A stretch of DNA of 62,990 nucleotides, the filler included, from Octopus bimaculoides (taxonomy: Eukaryota), in the NCBI RefSeq assembly GCF_001194135.2. It is 7 parts of 7 records of this genome, joined end to end, with 100 filler letters (N's around TTAATTAATTAA, not from the genome) between each part and the next. Parts side by side here need not be neighbours in the genome. Positions count along the whole stretch, not along the records: positions 45,268 to 60,945 come from NC_068988.1; positions 61,046 to 62,990 come from NW_026347123.1; 5 more parts are not named here. One strand, given 5' to 3'. The position numbers and the translations under genes are program-made. The notes beneath the pieces are model-generated. The model saw only the letters and a list, made by a program, of their open reading frames with translations, was not told the origin of the DNA and searched no databases. Shown here in pieces: positions 53,134 through 62,990 of the stretch (within the stretch, counting starts at the first letter, position 1; every line of letters begins with the position of its first letter).

Positions 53134-53410
53134 CTCACACACACACACTCTCTCTCACACACACACACTCTCTCTCACACACACACACTCTCTCTCACAC
53201 ACACACNNNNNNNNNNNNNNNNNNNNNNNNNNNNNNNNNNNNNNNNNNNNNNNNNNNNNNNNNNNNNNNNNNNNNNNNNNNNNNNNNNNNNNNNNNNNNN
53301 NNNNNNNNNNNNNNNNNNNNNNNNNNNNNNNNNNNNNNNNNNNNNNNNNNNNNNNNNNNNNNNNNNNNNNNNNNNNNNNNNNNNNNNNNNNNNNNNNNNN
53401 NNNNGATTGA

Positions 53411-53620
53411 GAGCGGCGAGCTGGCAGAATCGTTAGCACGTCAGGCGCAATGCATAACGAACGGCATTTTGTCCGCTTTTTATGTTCTGAGTTCAAATTC
53501 CACCGAGGTAGACTTTGAACCTTTCGGGGTCGATATAATAAGTACCAGCTGAGTAGTGGAGTTGATATAAATGACTTTACACCCCCTTGAAATTGGTGGC
53601 CTCGCGTCAGAATCTGAAAC
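53411..53620 (+). mobile_element. SINE family A
   Basis: GCGGCGAGCTGGCAGAATCGTTAGCACG...GAGTTCAAATTCCACCGAGGTAGACTTTG...AAGTACCAG. Confidence 0.8.
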
Positions 53621-56600
53621 CAACATTTGTATGTAGAATATTTGTAATGACAGCTTTAGCACCGAAGTAACACGATTATAATAAAGTGAGACTCAAAGAA
53701 ATGTGTTATTTCATCTTTAATCTACAAACAAAGAATAATTGCATCGTAGATTAATCGAAATATTTCATGCAGACTATTCGTCAGGAATCTGAAAGAAAGA
53801 GATTGAAATCTGATAATAGAGTATTTTAGAGTTATTTTGTTGATATTTTATTGGAGTATTTGAATTCATTTTACTTTCCTTGGGGTGATAATATATTTGG
53901 AAGAACCATGTATTTTTTTTAAAGGGCCTTTGGTATAATAACTATAAAAGAATAGAACATTTTTAACATTATTTGAGCAATAGAATCAATGAAGAATACA
54001 TTTTTACTTTTATGGAGGAAGGAAAAGTAAAAAATTCCATATTTATAAAGATAAAGAATGTGATTATATGACGTTCATGTATTTTTCAGAGTTCATCGAC
54101 TTTTTTTCTACTATACACAGGTTAATAATGGCTTATTTTTGTTGCTGTTTTTAATCCCATGTTTTTAATCGCTGCTCTGGTTAAACCTACGATCAGAGGA
54201 TTTCCAGTTATAGTCTTCCCGTCATTCTTTCATATAATGTATCTAAGTCTATATTATATACTGCGTTCTTTTCTTTATAAAGCTACGGGGAGAGATTTCG
54301 AGAGATTTCGAGAGATTTGGAGATAATTTCAACCAGCTGAAGAGAACACATAATGGCTCTGTCATTTAGTTTTGAGGAAGGAGAAATAACGTATATTCTT
54401 ACGAAATGAAATGTAATTTAGAAGGATTTTATTTTCGGAATTCTTTTGAATTAAAGTCATTCAGGAACAGAAGCCAGATGCCGGCTCACTAAAAGCTCAT
54501 ATCATGATCTACAACTTGCGTTCTTTAGGGGACAGATAACCTAATAAATTTAGAATGTACAGAATTACCTGCATGTAACACGATTGTCATGGAGTTGAAA
54601 GCAAAGGTATTTTAAACGAATAGCGTGGCATTTTCTAGAGAAAGCAGGACCAACAAGGGATATTAGGACTTCGTTTGGTCTATAATGAAATATTAAATGC
54701 TAATTTATTCCCGTTTCATGCAAACAGGTAAGAACGAAGGCAAAATTTACTAAGAAGTACCAGAATAAAATTAAACCTCTTCGGCAAGCAGAGAAATGTC
54801 GTTTACGGTGAAATGCGAATAGCTATTAAACTACTTTTATTAGTCAATTCCCTCAAAAGGTTTTATTTAAGTTAAAGATCATAAACATCGAATATCAAAA
54901 TCACAAGATATCTCTAGATGTCGCTGAAATCTTCCTTCACAACATCGATAGTAAGTGTTCAAATGAAATCCACGGGCAATGTAATATACAGTCAATAACG
55001 CTAACAAGTATTTATATAATTTTAATTTGGTTTTATATATAACTTGATTAAAAATTGATGAGGTAAACCATTGTTGATAAATTATAATTAATTAGTAGCT
55101 TGTACAAATTATCAGTTATAACTACCTTAACCGGATAATACGGACAAGAGTACATACTAGAGACCGATAAGATTAAGTATAGTGAAGAGTGAAGAGCAGA
55201 ACGTTTCGAGATCATATTTTTCATCTAAGAATAAAGGGGAGAGAGTATGTTTACGCATTGATCCGTGTTAATTGAAACGGAATTCTAACTACTATATAGA
55301 AGTGTACGAATATAGAACAAGTCTATATATGAAAGATGTCTTATTCCATTGTTTAGCATACTTCAGTTATAAAGGAGTTCTATTTGCGTGGTTCTTGGTT
55401 CAATCCCACTTCTGAGGACCTTGATCGGCGGACTATCATATTCTCAGCTCTATCAAAGCCTTGTGCGCGATCTTTTCTTGAGGGGGGGGGGACTGCATGA
55501 GAGTCCGCCGAGAAGAACATTCCTATTTCAGGAAGGTGGACACAGTCCGTTTGATTTAATACCACCACCTTGGCATCGGGTGTCTTCATAGGCGCAATTT
55601 CGCTTCATTCTATTACTAACTTGTTAATAAAACTTCTATAACTATATACAGGGTATCCTTAGTGATGTCTAAACAAATACAACTAATATTACAAACTCAA
55701 GTGTTGACAGCAATTCTAAAAAAATCATAAACACTTCTAAAAGTAAATTACCAGATCGAAGTTTGAACTGTTTTTGGGGGCTTGCCTTATAGCAAAAGCA
55801 TGATATTATTACAAAATAGCATTAGCACTATCATAACAAAATTGACCCTCTAAACCATTTTGTATTAATATGTTGAGAAAGAATAAACATTTCAAACAAT
55901 GTTTCATGCCAAGTCGGAAAACAATACCAGCTGTTTCAGAAAACTTGCTTTAAACTCCAATTCTTAAAGCCATTTGGTCAAACCTCACCACCTACGCTGT
56001 GGTCAGAGTAATAAATCATCTCTGAATTAAATAGCTTAGATATACCTCAGTATTCTCAATATGGTGTTGTAGCTAAAGTATGTTGAGCGTGAGAAAAAAT
56101 ATTTATAAAAATATATGATTATATAATATATCATTGACAGAAACATCGGATATCGATATCCACTATATATTTCAGTTTGGTACTTATTTTATCGATCTCT
56201 GTTAGATATTTATATACACATTATACACACACACATACATGCGCACGCAAGCATATGAGAAATTATAAAGTCACTGTGCAAATTTGTATTTGTATAACTA
56301 TAATTCTATATAACATAGAAATCGTCTGAGTAAAGTATTAGTGAAATAGTTTGTTACACATTTAAATAGGTCTAATCGTTAATATTCAACATGTCCGCAA
56401 TCATTATGTATACAAATCGTGATGCGATTTTGAAGTATTAGAAATACATTTTGCAGCTGGTTTTTCATACTTCAAATCCTATTAGTTATTCTACACCATA
56501 AGTCTTCTCTAGTAAGAGATTTATTTGAATAAGCAGTTGTCCTTTCATGTCGACATAAAGTAAAGATGATTTAAAAAAAAATTAATAAACAATTAATAAG

Positions 56601-57745
56601 CAATTTTTTTATTGCCGACGTTAAAATGAATGCATTATGATTCTAAGTGTTCTTTGCACATTAATTCTTTATTACATACAACTAAAGTTATAAAAATTAA
56701 AACTTAAATCTTGTATAGGCTTAAGATAAGCCAATTTAAGTATGTATGACTATGCACGTGTGTGTATGTGTGTGTATCCGTGCGTGTGTCCGTGAGTTTA
56801 CCTAACTGCATACATTATCACATTTATATATGTGTCTATGAATAAGCTATTCGAATAAATGCGTATTTCTGTGCGTGTACCTGCAAGGTGTCCTGGCTTA
56901 TAAAATTAGTCCCCAGGTGTCTGCTCCGACAAATAGCACTTATTTGGACTTAGGTTATCTCCGAGAATATTTGTATGCTAATTTGGTCCATCAGTGCAAA
57001 TTCTGTTCAGAATACTACGAATTTAGTTCTTATGACCGGGAAATGGAGAACGAAGAGGTATAACAGTGAAAGCAGAAATATAGAGAGTAAACAAGCTAGA
57101 TATTGGTTGAAGAATCATATGTAATCTATTCAGAAACTAAATGAGAAGAATCAAGGATAGTTACCATTTTAACGTTTATATATGCTTGAGAAAAGTACTT
57201 TGGATTAAGAACAGATACTTTCGTTACTGATCACATCCTTTCCTCCTACATGAAATCCATGGAACATGAAGTGAAAGTCAGTTTGTTTTTATTGAGTCCA
57301 TTCTCCACGAAGAAAAAGTTCTTTTGTAGTATGAGCTAACTGCTGCTGTAAGAGATAATTCCAAAAGGCCGATGTTCTGGGAAGGAAGAACTGTACCTAG
57401 TTCTTCCTTCGAACAGAGCCTATTGTTGGATTGATATAATATGGGTGCAGAGAAAAACAGAGAATGGCACGTAATGCTTAATCTAAAGAGATTGTCCTAC
57501 TGATCGGTGTTAAGTAATTCACAATGTTAATAACTATTAATACATTTTATTAATTATTACTGAATGTCTCCTCTTTCTAATTGCAAGAGTATGAAATATG
57601 AGTTTACGTGACTTTCTGACAGCTATGAGCTAGAGATAAATCTTTGGCAACGTGCCTGTTGCAACTCCTGTAATCTAACATTAAATAAAATGAATAACAT
57701 ATTACGTTTTAGATAGTTCAAAATGCATATATAGTTATACTCACG

Positions 57746-57800
<55 letters not shown>

Positions 57801-58277
57801 NNNNNNNNNNCACACACACACAAACACACACACACATACACACACAAGCACACGCACACACACATAAGTGTATATATGTGTATATATGTGTGTGTGTTGT
57901 GTGTATGTGTGTGCATGCGTATGTTCGTGTGATGTACGTGACCGTATGTGAGCGTTTGCACGGAGTTGTGCATTTAATGATATGCAAGGTAAACAAAACT
58001 ATATTAATCCAAACCACGCTTTCGATCATCCGGCTGTGAGTCGTTATTTGTAACAGTTTGCAAATATGTGTACACTTGATTGTAATAGGAGAGTAAATAA
58101 AAACGTGATTCACATGTTTAATTCTGATTTCTTTAAATAAGACTAAACTTCTATCAGCTATTATACACAAACTGCTAATAAAGTCTCTACTGAACACTTT
58201 AATGCCCTTGTACCATAAATTATACAAAATAAGCATACAAAGGCATATATATATGAAAATATAAATACGTCCTGATT

Positions 58278-58415
58278 TCAAATTCTGCCGAGGTCGACTT
58301 TGCCTAACATCCTTTCAGGGTTGATAAAATAAGCATCAGTTGAGCAGTGGGGGTCAATGTAATCGATTGAATCACTCCTTACAATTGTTGGCCTTGTGCC
58401 AAAACTTGAAACTAA
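58278..58415 (+). mobile_element. SINE family A, 3' part
   Basis: TTCAAATTCTGCCGAGGTCGACTTTGCC...GGCCTTGTGCCAAAA. Confidence 0.7.
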
Positions 58416-59588
58416 TACAAATACATTCCTATATATGTGTATGAGTGTCTGTGTATGTATATATGTTCGTATATATGTGTATGTATACATACACATACAT
58501 ATATACGTACATGTATGCATGCCACCCACATACTTTGTTAAATGACTTCAAGAATTGTGCCAGACGTCCAGTAAAGAAGAATTAATGGAAACATTGTTAT
58601 TTATATCAAATTTATTTCGCAAACATGTCTTAAGCATATAAATATTGCAATTAAATATATTGCTATCGAAGTTGATTTTAAGCAGATGTTCTGTACATGG
58701 GCATTACTCATATCATATTAAGAAATTCTTAGTCTACATTGCTTAATGACTCGACAATTTACAATGTCTAGAGAAAGACCGTTCGTTTTATATTACATAG
58801 TACCTTCAGCTGTTATTAGAAATGGCGAGAATATAACATCATTGTTTTTTATATACCGGAGTGGTGCGTGGAATTATATATTCTAAAGATACTATTTGTT
58901 ATGGATAAAGGGCTAAAATAATGGTAAACGTATGCAGAACACTGAACAAACTGACTTTAGATGCTTAACTTCATGAATTTATCCCTTTACGTTCTGAGAA
59001 GAAAATGATCATGATTTTTACTTCTTCCACACACTGACTTTACCTCATGAAATTTTACTCACTGTTGACCATTCATAATTATCAATAAAATATTGATACT
59101 TGACTCTGAATTAATGCTACAATTCAAGATTGTTTCATATTATATGATAATGTTACTATTATATTACCTTGATAAACCTTATGGATGAGGGTTCATTCGT
59201 TAAGAATAGAATTAAACTTCAATACTTAAGTTAGGGTTAATAAATTTATGGAGAAGCCATCGCAAAGTTTGATATATTTATGTGATGAGTGGCTGAGAAT
59301 ATTAGTCACAGAATGATATTATTTTGATACATTCAGCTATGTTTGAAATGAACAGAAAACACAGTGGGATAAGGATGTCAGTCGTGAAAGCGTTTATGCT
59401 ATTCCTCCCCAATGTCCAAACAACACCTTTCAGTGTTCCACAAGCTATTTGTAGCATGACAGCTCTGCGTCGAGACTACCCCAGTCGTCTCTTGCCAATA
59501 TTATTTTCAACATGCACTTGTTTGGTAATTTCTTCCTGCAAAGAGCAGAAAATAGCCACTATGTACAAAAATCAGTTTTGACCAGTCA

Positions 59589-59812
59589 GAAATAATGGTG
59601 AACTCTCATAGCCTAAAAATGGCAATGTCATATTAAATAATGTTCACCTTAATATGCAATTCTTGCGAAAAGAATGTTTTGTCATGCTGGACTATTTTCA
59701 GAAATAATGGTGAACTCTCATAGTCTAAAAATGGCAATGTCATATTAAATAATGTTCACCTTGATATGCAATTCTTGCGAAAAGGATGTTTTGTCATGCT
59801 GGACTATTTTCA
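59589..59812. repeat. 112-bp tandem duplication (2 copies)
   Basis: 59589-59700 and 59701-59812 differ at 3 positions. Confidence 0.9.
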
Positions 59813-59904
59813 TTGTCGGTCTGCTCTTTTATGGTTGCCCTTGCGATAAAACCCAAACAACTCAAAACGCTTTAATACACCTACATACACGTAAGTGTTT
59901 TTAA

Positions 59905-60088
59905 TACAGGCCCAAGTTCGGAAATTTTAGAAGAGTTCTAACTCGTCTTTGACTGATTCTTCAATTTATCGACATCAGAGAGTGTTGAAAACCGAAGCTG
60001 CCACCGGTGGAATTTGAACTCAGAACATAAACAAAGGAAATAATATTGCGAGGCATTTTCTCCGAGGCTCTTACGATTCTGCCAATCT
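59905..60088 (-). mobile_element. SINE family A (highly diverged)
   Basis: GGAATTTGAACTCAGAAC and ACGATTCTGCCA motifs in the expected order. Confidence 0.55.
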
Positions 60089-60914
60089 ACAACACGTGCC
60101 CGATCCTGAATAATCTTTAAGAAACTAATTATTTCGATAACTTAATTCTCCTTTAGCCCATATAGTTTGGTATTATTTTCAAAACAAAAACTTTTTCTGT
60201 CACCTAAACAATTATAATTCAACTTTGATGAAAACTAAACTATCTCTGTGAACGTGGTCATTTTATCGTCGTTTAAATGAAATAGTCATGTGCTAGATAA
60301 TAAACCTCAGAGAGAAAGATTCTCTGCTTCTTACCAGAAAAATGTCCTATGTAAATCCTTAACTAAAAAAAAAAAAAAAATAAACGTTTATGAATTAAAA
60401 CAAATGCAAAACTTTGCGCTACAAAGAAGCATTTTTATCTCCCATAAAATATAATACAAAACAACTTTTCTGCGAAATGAAAGTTTTGAGATACCTTACA
60501 TTATAATGTATTATTGCAGCATTTGCACAAAATAATACATTATTTCCTCCATATTGCATAATATGGCTATAAATTAAGTAGCATTTTAATGCTAATAATA
60601 TTATTCCATCAGCAGAGCGGTGTATATTTCAATATTTTCTTACATTTACTTACATTTTGTGAATCTAATATTAATTGAAGGGTTTCTCCTAATCTTCTAA
60701 AGCTTACAAACCTAACGCCATTTATCTATAAAGAAAAAGATATGATTTGTCCTCATTATCAGATGCATCACTTCGCAAATTCAATAACATTTCCTTCCAC
60801 TTTCTTTCTCACACACGCACACAAACACAGACAGGCACACACTCACATGTGGGTGTGCATGTGTGTGAGTGCAATATATGTATATATATAACACATGCAT
60901 AAACACACATATAT

Positions 60915-60945
<31 letters not shown>

Positions 60946-61045
60946 NNNNNNNNNNNNNNNNNNNNNNNNNNNNNNNNNNNNNNNNNNNNTTAATTAATTA
61001 ANNNNNNNNNNNNNNNNNNNNNNNNNNNNNNNNNNNNNNNNNNNN
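60946..61045. other. Assembly pad N44-TTAATTAATTAA-N44
   Basis: Identical 100-bp pad. Confidence 0.9.
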
Positions 61046-61149
61046 TGAGTGTGTATGCATGAGTGTGTATGCACGAGTGTGTATGTATGTATCTATGCAT
61101 GTATGTATGTAGAATAAATTTTGACCGACCACTTATTTGGTAGCAAGAT

Positions 61150-61344
61150 TCTTTTCTACTCTAGGCACAAGGCCCGAAATTTTGGGAGAGTGGGGTGCAG
61201 TCGATTACATTGACACCCCCCCCCCCCCAGTACGTAAATGGTACTTAATTTATCGACTCCGAAAGGACGGAAAGCAAAGTCGACCTCGGCGGAATTTGAA
61301 CTCAGAACGTCAAGACAGACGTAATACCACTACGCATTTCGCCG
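61150..61344 (-). mobile_element. SINE family A
   Basis: CTACTCTAGGCACAAGGCCCGAAAT...GCAAAGTCGACCTCGGCGGAATTTGAACTCAGAAC. Confidence 0.8.
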
Positions 61345-62426
61345 AAAAGCTCCTTTTCTTCATCAACCTATAATCCCGGATATTTTTATTTTAGCGTATG
61401 AAATCAGGATTTGCATTCTCGCCCCGAAGATCCCAAGTTCAACCATTCGTTCCTTCAGATGGGTTGGTATACATCCGATGCCCCAATAATAATACGTATG
61501 AAGCTGTAAGTCTATCTTGGAGTATTTGCAAGCTCCTTATCCTGTGGTAACATTGATAGGCCCCCTACTTGGTAGCAAGGTTGTGAAGGAAAGTATCTTG
61601 TTTTAACCATCATCTTTTAAATCTTAAGGTCCTGCTGATCTTTATAGTCCCAAATTTCGCAATCGTTTGTAGCATACAAATTAAGGATTTNNNNNNNNNN
61701 NNNNNNNNNNNNNNNNNNNNNNNNNNNNNNNNNNNNNNNNNNNNNNNNNNNNNNNNNNNNNNNNNNNNNNNNNNNNNNNNNNNNNNNNNNNNNNNNNNNN
61801 NNNNNNNNNNNNNNNNNNNNNNNNNNNNNNNNNNNNNNNNNNNNNNNNNNNNNNNNNNNNNNNNNNNNNNNNNNNNNNNNNNNNNNNNNNNNNNNNNNNN
61901 NNNNNNNNNNNNNNNNNNNNNNNNNNNNNNNNNNNNNNNNNNNNNNNNNNNNNNNNNNNNNNNNNNNNNNNNNNNNNNNNNNNNNNNNNNNNNNNNNNNN
62001 NNNNNNNNNNNNNNNNNNNNNNNNNNNNNNNNNNNNNNNNNNNNNNNNNNNNNNNNNNNNNNNNNNNNNNNNNNNNNNNNNNNNNNNNNNNNNNNNNNNN
62101 NNNNNNNNNNNNNNNNNNNNNNNNNNNNNNNNNNNNNNNNNNNNNNNNNNNNNNNNNNNNNNNNNNNNNNNNNNNNNNNNNNNNNNNNNNNNNNNNNNNN
62201 NNNNNNNNNNNNNNNNNNNNNNNNNNNNNNNNNNNNNNNNNNNNNNNNNNNNNNNNNNNNNNNNNNNNNNNNNNNNNNNNNNNNNNNNNNNNNNNNNNNN
62301 NNNNNNNNNNNNNNNNNNNNNNNNNNNNNNNNNNNNNNNNNNNNNNNNNNNNNNNNNNNNNNNNNNNNNNNNNNNNNNNNNNNNNNNNNNNNNNNNNNNN
62401 NNNNNNNNNNNNNNNNNNNNNNNNNN

Positions 62427-62476
<50 letters not shown>

Positions 62477-62832
62477 CACACATATGAATGTGTGTGTGTG
62501 TGTACATCTCTGCACATGCGTAGACATACACACGTATATATGCACCCTACCTGCACACTTGCACAATCATATGCAGGTGTAAATTTTGTATATATTACAG
62601 AGAAAGAACACCAAAAACCACCTCGAGGCACGGCGGCAAGTCCCTCACACGCACATCCACCTATATACCCAGGCAGTTGGTATATAAATAGTTATACAAA
62701 AACTCAACCATTCATCATATGCAACAACGCACATATGTATGTATACAGTACAAATGTTTTTTATGTATGTATGTGTGTGTGCGTGTTTCTATAAACTTAT
62801 GTGTGTATATATATATAGACCTACGTGTGTGC

Positions 62833-62876
<44 letters not shown>

Positions 62877-62990
62877 AATTGTGTCTGTGTGTGCGCGCGT
62901 GTGCGTATATATAAACTGTCTGTGTGTATGTGTGTATATATAAACTTGCGTCTGTATACATATATATATACACACACTTCTGTCCGTGTT

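Noticed and set aside
54639-54727. Open 29-codon segment ending in CAG|GTAAGA
   Set aside because: Weak acceptor and unrecognised peptide; expected by chance.
55184-55235. Possible hammerhead remnant (minus, ..GATGA...CTCGAAACG)
   Set aside because: The core CUGANGA is not intact and the stems do not pair.
56875-57063. 62-aa ORF as a host exon
   Set aside because: More likely a decayed Tc1/mariner SPDL..D..LWGYLK..VY segment; no homology to a host gene recognised.
1-62990. Dozens of ORF-track entries with YI/CV/HT/SL/poly-T/poly-D/poly-M content or long X runs
   Set aside because: They are translations of microsatellites or N gaps, with no coding signal.

Overview
AT-rich, gap-ridden animal DNA. 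The Lox2 homeobox plus the SINE and microsatellite landscape point to a lophotrochozoan, most likely an octopod cephalopod (inference). Three host-gene exons are recognisable, each without its neighbouring exons: the terminal exon of a type-B LGR (rickets/bursicon-receptor-like GPCR; minus, 10656-12334), the homeobox exon of the Hox gene Lox2 (plus, 18888-19165), and an internal HEATR4-like exon missed by the ORF track (plus, 22858-23041). The rest is mobile DNA and simple repeats: a full-length but disrupted Tc1-like element with DD36E spacing, mariner remnants and MITEs, CR1-type LINE fragments, a rearranged Penelope-like element, an RT-deleted R4/Dong retrotransposon, a probable Merlin remnant, a putative solo LTR and many tRNA-derived SINEs. 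Six identical 100-bp pads (N44-TTAATTAATTAA-N44) cut the window into seven blocks and look like artificial joins, so adjacency across them, including the apparent Lox2/LGR interleaving, may not be real. I found no clearly new biological system; the best leads are listed as findings.
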